Positions 17,494-25,311 are shown, counted from the first letter of the stretch. The stretch is DNA of 32,000 bases from Gemmata obscuriglobus (GCF_008065095.1 NZ_CP042911.1:8940001-8972000); one strand, 5' to 3'. The notes: generated by a model not told the origin, from the sequence alone. Translations and numbers: made by a program.

Positions 17494-17685
17494 CAGCCAG
17501 CGCAAGTTTTCCACAGGATGGCAGTAGTCGCAACTGTCTACCTGAAGAACACTTCGGATCAATCATGTGCATTAGCTGCCACAATAGCAGCCCACCTTTC
17601 GACGCTATCACAAGTGCTTAAAATGAAGTGCAGCAAAGGGAAAAGCTGGCACGAATACCAGTCTTCCCACCCCAACTGAGGGATT

Positions 17686-18054
17686 ATGAACTTCTCGATC
17701 CTCATCGACCTGAACCTGTCACCGGATTGGGTGCCGGTGTTGAACGCGGACGGGCACGCCGCAGTCCACTGGTCAGCGGTGGGCGATCCGCACGCTCTCG
17801 ACTCGGAACTTGTGGAGTAGGCACGAGACCATGATCATATCATTCTGACCCACGACCTTGACTTCGGAACAATTCTGGCACAGACGCGAGCCTCGCGGCC
17901 GAGTGTTGTCATTATCCGAGATTCTGATCCGAGCCCGACATCGATCGGCGCCCAGGTTCTTGCGGCCTTCCAGCAGCACAGCACGGAACTGGCTGCCGGC
18001 GCCCTTCTCAGCGTCGATGTGCGGCGAGCGCGTGTGCGAATTTTGCCAATTTGA
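17686..18054 (+). pseudogene. DUF5615 (PIN-like/Mut7-C-type toxin) gene interrupted by an in-frame TAG
   Basis: MNFSILIDLNLSPDWVPVLNADGHAAVHWSAVGDPHALDSELVE, then TAG at 17818-17820, then in the same frame ARDHDHIILTHDLDFGTILAQTRASRPSVVIIR...VRILPI and a stop at 18052-18054. Joined, the two halves form a full-length DUF5615. Confidence 0.8.
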
Positions 18055-18195
18055 TTCCCGGCAACGCCTCACTTCCCGCTCTCCAAACACAAGGTTAAGG
18101 CCCTGTCTTCCATTGCCGCACTGTAACCCCAGTTACAGCGCCACACGTCAGGAGCCACTCGCCGACCTGAACCCACGCCCCGCGCTCACCCCAAC

Positions 18196-18972
18196 CTACA
18201 ACTCGCCGGGGTGCCGGACGCCGTGGGCGGCGCGCACCTTTTCGAGGTACTCGTTGAGCGGGCGCATGGCCTTCACATCCATCCCCCGCACGTTGTCCTC
18301 GTTCTGGTACATCGCGCGAAGCGAGGCGAACAGCCCCGGGTCGCCGCCGGTGAAGCCCGTCACGAGCGCGAGCCACCGTTCCCCCAGCGGGCGCGCCTTC
18401 TCGTCACCGGGTCCAACGCCCGCTTCCATCGCCGCCCGAACGTCCGCGAACAGGTCGGCCCACATTTGCGGTCCCGTCGCGATGGCCGCTTGCAGCTCGG
18501 GGCCGGCGGAGTTGCGGCGGTCCTCGATCTGTTTCAGTTGCTCGGGGGTGTAGTACTTCTCGATCATGCTCATCACCTCAATCGTTTCGAGGAACGTGTC
18601 GGCGGACGGCGCGTCCGCCGCGTCGAGCATTTCCGACAGGGACTGCAACCGGTCGCCGAGGCGGTCCAGTTCCGCGGCCCGCCGGCGCACGTTCGCGAGG
18701 TGCAGCCGCACGACCTCGCGGGGGTCGTAGGCATCGCCGGTCATGTACTCGCGCACCTGTTCGAGGCTGAACCCGAGTTGCTTCAGGCACAGGATCTGGT
18801 GCAGCCTCGTAACGTCGGCGGCGGTGTACAGCCGGTGCCCGGAGCCGTGCGCGGACCCACTACGATCCGATGGCACGAGCAGCCCGATCGCGTCGTAGTG
18901 GTGTAACGTGCGCACGGTGAGCGCCGTCCGCGCGGCCAGCTCACCGACCTTCCACCGCTGCCGTTCCGACAT
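18196..18972 (-). CDS. MerR-family transcriptional regulator with TipAS-type C-terminal ligand domain
   Basis: Start at the ATG at 18972 with GGGAGGG about 7 nt upstream. Helix-turn-helix WKVGELAARTALTVRTLHHYDAIGLLVP...RLYTAADVTRLHQILCLKQLGFSLEQV, a coiled-coil, then a TipAS-like tail YYTPEQLKQIEDR...WADLFADV...GD. The longer starts in the ORF track would overlap the predicted promoter. Confidence 0.88.
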   Translation of the reverse strand: MSERQRWKVGELAARTALTVRTLHHYDAIGLLVPSDRSGSAHGSGHRLYTAADVTRLHQILCLKQLGFSLEQVREYMTGDAYDPREVVRLHLANVRRRAAELDRLGDRLQSLSEMLDAADAPSADTFLETIEVMSMIEKYYTPEQLKQIEDRRNSAGPELQAAIATGPQMWADLFADVRAAMEAGVGPGDEKARPLGERWLALVTGFTGGDPGLFASLRAMYQNEDNVRGMDVKAMRPLNEYLEKVRAAHGVRHPGEL

Positions 18973-19003
18973 GGGGCCGCCCTCCCGGTTGATCGACGCG
19001 GGC

Positions 19004-19034
19004 ATGGTACGGCCTGACGTAACGTGAGGTTCAA
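19004..19034 (-). promoter_or_regulatory. MerR/TipA-type promoter-operator with a 19-bp spacer
   Basis: On the minus strand: TTGAAC (-35, 19029-19034), a 19-nt spacer ctcacgttacgtcaggccg, then TACCAT (-10, 19004-19009). The spacer and its -35 flank carry the imperfect dyad CCTCACGT/ACGTCAGG (7 of 8 positions complementary). It lies about 30 nt upstream of the chosen ATG. Confidence 0.6.
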
Positions 19035-19060
19035 GCACAATTCTGGCGAATCCCGCCGGT

Positions 19061-20650
19061 TCACACCTTCAGGCCGACGGCCCGCATGAGTGCCAGTCCG
19101 TTGCCGTGCGGCACCACGCCGGGGTGCATGGTGTAATCGAAGTGCAGTTCGCCGCCCGCCAGCCCGTCGCAGAAGTGATGGTTCGCCGCGCCCGGAATGC
19201 TGTCCGTCACCGCGGTCAGGCTCAAATCGTGCGTCGTAACGAACCCGACCGCGCCCAGCGCCACGAGCGCACGTGTGACCCCTTCCGCACCCGCAACGCG
19301 GTCCGCCGAGTTGGTGCCGGCGAACAGTTCGTCGAGCAAGAAGAGCAGGGGCGGCCCGTCCGCGCGACCCGCGATGTCGAGCAGCAGGCGCACCTTCGTG
19401 ACTTCCGCAAAGAACCGCGACCGCCCGGCCTGGAGCGAGTCCTGCACGCGCATCGTTGCCCCGACCGAAACGGGCGTCAGGGCGAAGCTCTTTGCCCGCA
19501 CCACCCCGCCCGCCAGCGCCAGCACCGCGTTCACACCCACCGCGCGAAGAAGGGTGCTCTTACCGGACATGTTCGAGCCGCTCACGATCAGCACGCGGTT
19601 CGCGCCGTCGCCAAGCGCCACGTCGTTACGAACGCACTTCGCGGCCGGAATCAGCGGGTGCCCCACGCCGACCGCCGCGAGCCGCACGGGGCCGGGCTCG
19701 ACCGTCGGAACCACGTCCGCGGGGTTCTCGTAGGCGTGCCCGGCGAGCGACGACAGCGCTTCAAATTCGCCGACGGCCCGCAGCCACCGCCCGACCGCCA
19801 AACCGGACCGCGTCCGCCACGCTTCGAGCTTGAACGCGAACCGCACGGGCCACATCCGCAGCACGGCCACCGGAATGAAGAACGCGTTGCGCCGGGCGTT
19901 GTAACCGTCGAGAAGCAGTCGGAGCTGCCGGATCTGTTCCGACGGCAACAGCCCGCCGGCGCGCATGGAACCCTGAAGTTCCTTCAGGCGCGGGGCGCTG
20001 AACGGCTCGCGCTCGAGCCGGATCAAGACGGCTTCAAAGAGGGACAGGTTCTCGGCCGCGCGGTCGAGCGGCTTCAGCACCCGGCCGGCCCACGACATCA
20101 GCGGCGCCGCGAGCCCGAGCGACAGCAGCCCGAACGCCAGAACGGGCAGCGCGGTCGTCTCCGCGAAGAGCCACCCGGCCCAGGCGAACACGTTCAGCCA
20201 GCCCAATACCTCGACGGCCCACCACTTCCACGCCGGCGGCGCGTCCGCCGGCGCAGCGCCCCATTGCACCAGCGGCCGGTAATCGGCGGCGGGCGCTTCC
20301 GCCCCGGCCACCGCGACCGCCTCGCGCAAATCGAGGCGGGGCGCCAGATCCGCAACGGCCTCCTGGCGGGCCTTCACCTCCCCGGGACCGGCGGGCGCGA
20401 GCAGCCACGCCGCGAGGGTGTCCTCACCGGTCCGCGTGCGGCACACGGTGAGCAACTCGAACAGCGACCCGGGGCCGAACAGGTCGAGGTCGTCCGAGTA
20501 GGGGTGCGCGTCGTCGGCAAAGCGTGTTCCGTCGCCGTTACCGGACGGCCGCCCGGCGAGCCGTTCGAGCCCGCCCGAATAGAACCGGGCGGCGCGCTCG
20601 GCCCACGCCTTGCGCCCGCGGGCCGCCTCGAACTTCGCCACAAGGAACAC
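19061..20650 (-). CDS. membrane-associated MutS-related ATPase (MutS domain V only)
   Basis: Walker A LIVSGSNMSGKSTLLRAVG; MutS domain V blocks SRFFAEVTKV, LLFLLDELFAGTNSADR and FVTTHDL. Internal TM pair WWAVEVLGWLNVFAWAGWLF...LPVLAFGLLSLGLAAPL. The 5' end given is the first canonical start (GTG), but the true start is probably further upstream (see findings). Confidence 0.8.
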   Translation of the reverse strand: MFLVAKFEAARGRKAWAERAARFYSGGLERLAGRPSGNGDGTRFADDAHPYSDDLDLFGPGSLFELLTVCRTRTGEDTLAAWLLAPAGPGEVKARQEAVADLAPRLDLREAVAVAGAEAPAADYRPLVQWGAAPADAPPAWKWWAVEVLGWLNVFAWAGWLFAETTALPVLAFGLLSLGLAAPLMSWAGRVLKPLDRAAENLSLFEAVLIRLEREPFSAPRLKELQGSMRAGGLLPSEQIRQLRLLLDGYNARRNAFFIPVAVLRMWPVRFAFKLEAWRTRSGLAVGRWLRAVGEFEALSSLAGHAYENPADVVPTVEPGPVRLAAVGVGHPLIPAAKCVRNDVALGDGANRVLIVSGSNMSGKSTLLRAVGVNAVLALAGGVVRAKSFALTPVSVGATMRVQDSLQAGRSRFFAEVTKVRLLLDIAGRADGPPLLFLLDELFAGTNSADRVAGAEGVTRALVALGAVGFVTTHDLSLTAVTDSIPGAANHHFCDGLAGGELHFDYTMHPGVVPHGNGLALMRAVGLKV

Positions 20651-20991
20651 GAACCCCAGCAGCGGGACCAGCGTGAACCACGCCGAAAAAAGCCCCGCGC
20701 CGAAGCTCAGGGCCGCAGCGAGCAGGACGACAGCGAAGGCCCCGAGCCGGGCGTAGCTGAGCGCATCGAGGCGCGCCGTAAGTTCGGCGACGGAGGCCGT
20801 TCGTGCCGCCAGGCGGTCGGTGTAAACGGCCGAGGGTGTGTGCGGTGACAGGGGAGTGCGGCCTCAAGTAGATCTGAAGAACGGAGGCGCGAGCCTCCCG
20901 AGTAACCGAAATAAAGACAAAACGCAATAGCGCCGGCACAGCGAATCAGTTCGGCGACAATAGATCACTCACGATTCGGCTGATTGTGCCC

Positions 20992-21068
20992 GTTTCTTGT
21001 GGCACAGACATTCCTGTCTGTGCGACCTCCAGGCCCCGCACAGACAGGAATGTCTGTACCACAAAGAC
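20992..21068. repeat. two inverted copies of the family-1 REP-like hairpin element
   Basis: 20992-21024 gtttcttgtggcacagacattcctgtctgtgcg is the reverse complement of the 4998-5033 element. 21036-21068 ccgcacagacaggaatgtctgtaccacaaagac is in forward orientation. Together they form a composite palindrome between the epimerase 3' end and the MutS-like 5' region. Confidence 0.8.
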
Positions 21069-21114
21069 GTAAACCCAAAACGGACACCCGCAACTGGACC
21101 GTGCGCCAGGAAAG

Positions 21115-22125
21115 TCACGCCCCCCGCTCGCCCTTGTGCCAGGCCAGCGCGCGCCCCATGCCCTCGTCGAACAGAACGCGCGGGGTGTAGCCCAGCTTCG
21201 TGCGCGCCTTCGCGATGGAAAAGTCGAGGTTCAGCCCGGCGAATTTGAGCTGCGCCTGCGTGATCCGCGGCGGGTGCGGCTTGTTCAGTTTGCGGAACGT
21301 GCTCTCGCGCCAGTTCGCCATCGCCCGCGCCAGCCACACCGGCACGGGGGGGAAGCCCCGCGGCCGCTTCAGCCCCAACCCGTCGGCCACCGTCTCGAAG
21401 AACCGGCGCTTGCTCACGAACTCGCCGTCGGTGATGTTGAACACCTCGCCCACGACGCCTTCCGCCGGCGCCCCGAGCGCGAGCAGCACCGCGTCCGCGA
21501 TGTTGCCCACATAGGTCGTGTTGAGCGCGTACCGGCCGCGGGCGATGTAGATCACGCTCCGCTCGCGGAGCCGCTCTGCCAGGCGCGGCAAAACCGTCCG
21601 GTCGCGCGGGCCGTACACGAACCCGGGGCGCAGAATTACGACCGGGACCTTCTGCTTGCGGTGGTACTGGAGCGCGATCCGCTCCGCCTCCACCTTCGAC
21701 TGCGTGTAGCCGTCGATGTGGTCGTTCGGGAGCGGCTCGGTCTCATCAGTGCCGTAATGGTGCCGGGCCTCGTACACGCCCAGCGAGCTAATGTGGACGA
21801 ACCGGTGCAGCGGTTGCCCGAGGGTCGCATCGAACAGGTTGCGCAGCCCCTCGACGTTCACCGCGCGGTAACCGTCCACGTGGCCCCAGTCGCCGACCTT
21901 CGCTGCGCTGTTCACCACGGCGTCGCACCCCGCGGCGGCCCGCTTGAGGGCGTCGGCGTCGGTCACGTCGCCCGGAACGAGGGTGACCCCGAGGGCGGTC
22001 AGGAACGCGGTGTCGCTACCCGACCGGGCGAGCGCGCGGACCGTGTGCCCGGCGCGAACGAGCGCCTCGGCGACGTGCGAGCCGACGAACCCGGTGGCCC
22101 CGGTGAGTAGAATCGTGTGTGGCAT
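21115..22125 (-). CDS. NAD-dependent epimerase/dehydratase family protein (extended SDR)
   Basis: Starts at the ATG at 22125 (MPHTILLTGATGFVGSHV Rossmann motif). Catalytic YTQSK (YxxxK). The ORF-track start at 22152 is a TTG nine codons upstream. Confidence 0.88.
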   Translation of the reverse strand: MPHTILLTGATGFVGSHVAEALVRAGHTVRALARSGSDTAFLTALGVTLVPGDVTDADALKRAAAGCDAVVNSAAKVGDWGHVDGYRAVNVEGLRNLFDATLGQPLHRFVHISSLGVYEARHHYGTDETEPLPNDHIDGYTQSKVEAERIALQYHRKQKVPVVILRPGFVYGPRDRTVLPRLAERLRERSVIYIARGRYALNTTYVGNIADAVLLALGAPAEGVVGEVFNITDGEFVSKRRFFETVADGLGLKRPRGFPPVPVWLARAMANWRESTFRKLNKPHPPRITQAQLKFAGLNLDFSIAKARTKLGYTPRVLFDEGMGRALAWHKGERGA

Positions 22126-22180
22126 CGCGCTGTTGTCGGGAACAGCGTCCAAACGGCAAGACTCCTCACAAGGGCCGACC

Positions 22181-23488
22181 GTGGCGACACCCCTCCGCGT
22201 GCTCGCAAGCGTTCTGGTGGCGCTCGCTCTGCCAGCCCTGGCGCGTGCCGGGCTGCACTACTCGGGCGAGCAGTTCGCGGAGCTGCCGAGTCGCCCGTCC
22301 GGGTTCCTGACGGACCACCGCGCGCTCCGCGCCGCAGGCTACGAGCGCCCGGACGGCCTCCCGTCGCCCCTGCGCGACGATTACCGCGCCGCCGCCGACC
22401 GCCTGGAAAAGCTGAACAAGATCCGCGCGCTGACCGCCGACGAAATCGCCGACCTCGGCGCCGTCCACCTCCGGCTCGGTAAGCCCGACCAGGCGCTCAA
22501 CGTTCTCGCTCCCGCGGTGCGCAAGTTTCCCGACCATTTCCGCATCGCCGCGAACCTCGGCACCGCGTTCCAACTGACCGGCAATCTAGAACGCGCCGCC
22601 GCGCAACTCGAAGAGGCCGTGAGGCTTGCTCCTGCGAAGCTCAAGCCGTTCGAACACGCGCATCTCAAACTCGTTACGCTCCGGCGGAAGGAAGGAAAAG
22701 CCGCCGCCAGCCCCAGCGCCGTCGATGACCTGTTCGGGGTCAAGTACATCGGACCGTCGGGAGCCCCGGAGCCGGGCGTGCTGGCCGAAGCCGAGCGCAA
22801 GAAGCTCCCCGCCGACGCTCTGGTCACCGTCCAGCAACTGGCGCTGTGGCTCCCGGCCGACGGCCGGTTGCTCTGGCAGATCGGCGAAGTCTGTAACGCG
22901 CTCGGCGACCCACGCGCCGCGGCCGCGGCCCTCGACGGGTGCGTAACCGAGTTCGCGCTCGCGGCCCCGGACCTCCGCAAGCGCCGACTGCTGTACCGCG
23001 CCGCGGCCGACGAACTGGCGAAAAAGCCCGGCCACGACCCGCACCGCAGCCCCATCAAGGTGAAGTCAACGCGCCCACTCATCAAGGCGTTCGATGAGGC
23101 CCTGCTGTCCGCGATCGACGATGCGGGAGTGAACGTGCTCCCGTGGCCCGTTCTGGGAGCGACCACGATTACCGCGAAGGGGAAACCGTCGTTCGCGAAA
23201 CACCTCGAAAAGCTCGACGGCAAAACGGTCACGCTCACCGGCTTCATGCAGCCCGTCAAAGACGAGCTTGCCGTGACGGGCTTTCTGCTCCTCGAATACC
23301 CGGTGGGCTGCTGGTTCTGCGAAGTGCCCGACCCGACCGCGATGCTCAACGTGGAACTCAAGGCCGGTAAAACCGCGGAGCTGCGCAAGGGGCTCATCAA
23401 GGTAACGGGAACGCTGGTACTGAACCGAACGGACCCGGAGAGTTACCTGTTCTCACTGAAGGACGCCCGCGTCGGCGAAGTGGACTGA
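22181..23488 (+). CDS. secreted TPR-like plus DUF3299-like domain protein
   Basis: GTG at 22181 gives the signal peptide VATPLRVLASVLVALALPALARAG; sequence upstream in the long ORF is antisense to the epimerase gene. The C-terminus LDGKTVTLTGFMQPV...FLLLEYPVGCWFCEVPDPTAMLNVEL...VTGTLVL resembles DUF3299. Confidence 0.75.
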   Translation: MATPLRVLASVLVALALPALARAGLHYSGEQFAELPSRPSGFLTDHRALRAAGYERPDGLPSPLRDDYRAAADRLEKLNKIRALTADEIADLGAVHLRLGKPDQALNVLAPAVRKFPDHFRIAANLGTAFQLTGNLERAAAQLEEAVRLAPAKLKPFEHAHLKLVTLRRKEGKAAASPSAVDDLFGVKYIGPSGAPEPGVLAEAERKKLPADALVTVQQLALWLPADGRLLWQIGEVCNALGDPRAAAAALDGCVTEFALAAPDLRKRRLLYRAAADELAKKPGHDPHRSPIKVKSTRPLIKAFDEALLSAIDDAGVNVLPWPVLGATTITAKGKPSFAKHLEKLDGKTVTLTGFMQPVKDELAVTGFLLLEYPVGCWFCEVPDPTAMLNVELKAGKTAELRKGLIKVTGTLVLNRTDPESYLFSLKDARVGEVD

Positions 23489-23510
23489 TCCCGGCGCGTT
23501 TCACACTGGA

Positions 23511-23858
23511 TCAATCGACGATTTTCACCGGTAGTTTGCGCTGCCCGGCCATCCACGGTTGGGCCGGCATTTCCTTGAGCCAGTCACTCAGGCTGGGAAT
23601 GAAGCCGAGATCTTCGAGAACGTGCTGTTCGGCGATGTCGCGCACGAACACCTCCCGGCCGTCCGAATTGGTCACGAACCGGCCAAAGATCTCTTCGATG
23701 ATGTAGATCCCGAACGCGGAGTGAAACACGCACCGGTGCGTCACCTCGGCGTGGGCGCTCTTGGTGCTGTCCATGCGCTCGTGGATGTCGATGTAGTCCT
23801 CGGGCTTACCGCCCCAGCGCTTCGCGGACGATTGCGCGTGAACCCAGGCCTTCGACAC
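23511..23858 (-). CDS. conserved hypothetical small protein (third gene of a three-gene operon)
   Basis: GTG at 23858 with GGAGGA about 7 nt upstream, starting 2 nt after the upstream gene's TGA. Sequence SKAWVHAQSSAKRWGGKPEDYIDIHERMDSTKSAHAEVTHRCVFHSAFGIYIIEEIFGRFVTNSDGREVFVRDIAEQHVLEDLGFIPSLSDWL resembles a widespread uncharacterised small-protein family; I cannot name the family with certainty. Confidence 0.7.
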   Translation of the reverse strand: MSKAWVHAQSSAKRWGGKPEDYIDIHERMDSTKSAHAEVTHRCVFHSAFGIYIIEEIFGRFVTNSDGREVFVRDIAEQHVLEDLGFIPSLSDWLKEMPAQPWMAGQRKLPVKIVD

Positions 23859-23860
23859 GG

Positions 23861-24289
23861 TCAATCCTCCAACGTGGTTTCGCGCACCTCGTACCATTCG
23901 AACTCGTCGAACGCAGCCCACACCGCGTCCCGCTGCCCCTCGGTCAACTCGCCCACCACCCGCGCCCACCATTGGTCCCACTGCACGTACCCCACCTTCG
24001 GCGCCTTGGGTTCAGGAACGCCGAACGTCTTGAGGAGCTTGAAAAGCTCGTCCTCGTCGGACATCAGGAAGCCCGGGTCGGTGTCGTGCGCAAACGGGTT
24101 CGTGACCGCACGCAGCTCGCGGTTGAGGCGCTCCGCGTGCTCCTGCGCCGCCTTCTTCGACGCGAATACAAGGTCCGGTTCGGTGTAACTCGTGTTCACC
24201 GCCGACACCTCGCGCACCACGATGTACGCCTTGAGCGGTTTCGCCTTTCGGGGTCGCTTGGCCTTCTTCGCGGCCGGCTTGCGGCTCAT
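23861..24289 (-). CDS. hypothetical protein with a lysine-rich basic N-terminal tail and an NPF/WW/AVW module
   Basis: 142 aa. The ATG overlaps the upstream stop as ATGA (24286-24289). N-terminus MSRKPAAKKAKRPRKAKPLK. The remainder is paralogous to part of the upstream gene product. Confidence 0.75.
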   Translation of the reverse strand: MSRKPAAKKAKRPRKAKPLKAYIVVREVSAVNTSYTEPDLVFASKKAAQEHAERLNRELRAVTNPFAHDTDPGFLMSDEDELFKLLKTFGVPEPKAPKVGYVQWDQWWARVVGELTEGQRDAVWAAFDEFEWYEVRETTLED

Positions 24290-25053
24290 TCCAGCCCCTC
24301 CAGCGGGACCTCAATGACCTCGTAGAACGGGGTGTCCTTCACCAGCCGAAAAACGCCTTCGCCCTTATTCAGCTTCTGGCTGCCGAGCAGTCCGCGCTGC
24401 CGCCGGACGCGGTCCCGCATGTCGAACATGGCGTACTCGTCCTCGGTCTCGTAATCCCCCGCGAACTCGTCGGACTCGTCAACGATGTCAGCCCACAGAT
24501 CGCGAGCGATGTCGTTACTGTCCGCGCACTCCTTCTCGGCGCGCTCGCGGGTGCGGAACACCTGCATCACCTCGCTCTGGTCCGGGTGTGCGTCGTAGGT
24601 TTCGTCGTTGTACTGCCAGTTGATGTGGACCACCGCGTAGCCGACCGGGCGTACCGGTTCCTCGACGACCGCGTAAAACCGCACCTTGTCGAGCGCTTCC
24701 CATACCGCGTGCCGCTTCTCCGCGGACAGCTTTGCGTGCCCCTTCTTCCACCACCCGGCCCAGTCGGTGGCACCGCCCTTCTTCGGATTCGGCGGATCGA
24801 CGCCGTGATCCATGAGCCAGTCGCGGAGCCGCGGCTCGTCGAGGTGCGTCCAGAAGTACACGCCGGCACCGCAGGCGAACGGGTTCACCACCTCGCGGCA
24901 CGCGTTCTCGCGCGTAACGCGCTCGGCGTCCGCGGCATCGAACGTGTCGAACGACGCCACGTTCCGCGCCCCCGGTTGCCGCTCCATTGTGCCGTCGTAG
25001 GACTCGGCCCAGTTGAGCCGTTTGAGTACGAACCGCGTTGCGGGCTTCGCCAT
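24286..25053 (-). CDS. hypothetical protein with an NPF/WW/AVW module and an acidic C-terminal region
   Basis: ATG at 25053 with GGAGG 6 nt upstream (MAKPATRFVLKRLNW...). Contains an internal repeat of a NW.Y.D...F.T...AE unit and the acidic stretch DIVDESDEFAGDYETEDEY. Confidence 0.75.
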   Translation of the reverse strand: MAKPATRFVLKRLNWAESYDGTMERQPGARNVASFDTFDAADAERVTRENACREVVNPFACGAGVYFWTHLDEPRLRDWLMDHGVDPPNPKKGGATDWAGWWKKGHAKLSAEKRHAVWEALDKVRFYAVVEEPVRPVGYAVVHINWQYNDETYDAHPDQSEVMQVFRTRERAEKECADSNDIARDLWADIVDESDEFAGDYETEDEYAMFDMRDRVRRQRGLLGSQKLNKGEGVFRLVKDTPFYEVIEVPLEGLE

Positions 25054-25117
25054 GACTGCCTCCGGAGAAACCGAAAGCAGCATAACGCGTGCGGGAAATG
25101 TGGTCGAGGTGCGCAAC

Positions 25118-25178
25118 AAAAAAGCACCGGCGGGCCGGGCACCTCGCAGTTGATCGCGAGGTACCCGGCCCGCCGGTG
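25118..25178 (-). terminator. strong rho-independent terminator
   Basis: On the minus strand: CACCGGCGGGCCGGGTACCTCGC, an 8-nt loop, then GCGAGGTGCCCGGCCCGCCGGTG. This is a 23-bp stem with one non-Watson-Crick position, followed by CTTTTTTGTTG. Confidence 0.85.
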
Positions 25179-25200
25179 AAACCGAACGGTGCGTTAAGCC

Positions 25201-25311
25201 TTAGCGCACGCCGCCCTTGTACTTCTTGCTGCTGCGGAGCTTATGCTTGCGGGCCTTGCGGCGCTTCTTCGAGGCGTTCCGCTGGCTCTTCGGCGCGTGT
25301 TGAATGCCCAT
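25201..25311 (-). CDS. 36-aa highly basic small protein (too short for the ORF track)
   Basis: ATG at 25311 with GAGGGA 7 nt upstream. Sequence MGIQHAPKSQRNASKKRRKARKHKLRSSKKYKGGVR, TAA at 25201-25203. Of the 35 codons after the ATG, 32 end in G/C, matching genome codon bias. It sits between the rimO stop (25362) and the strong terminator. Confidence 0.6.
   Translation of the reverse strand: MGIQHAPKSQRNASKKRRKARKHKLRSSKKYKGGVR

Noticed and set aside
17818-17820. In-frame TAG in the DUF5615 gene as programmed recoding (for example pyrrolysine)
   Set aside because: There is no pyl-type context. The surrounding locus shows other signs of decay (a 192-nt low-GC spacer and an extended antitoxin C-terminus). 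A simple nonsense mutation is the economical explanation.
19106-20848. 580-aa plus-strand ORF opposite the MutS-like gene
   Set aside because: Antisense artefact with an Arg/Pro/Gly-rich translation; Walker A and the MutS domain V motifs are on the minus strand.
20864-20866. TGA upstream of the MutS-like gene as a selenocysteine codon, given selA in the window
   Set aside because: The in-frame sequence upstream of the TGA (LSLFRLLGRLAPPFFRST) does not look like protein from this family. I see no SECIS-like hairpin immediately downstream.
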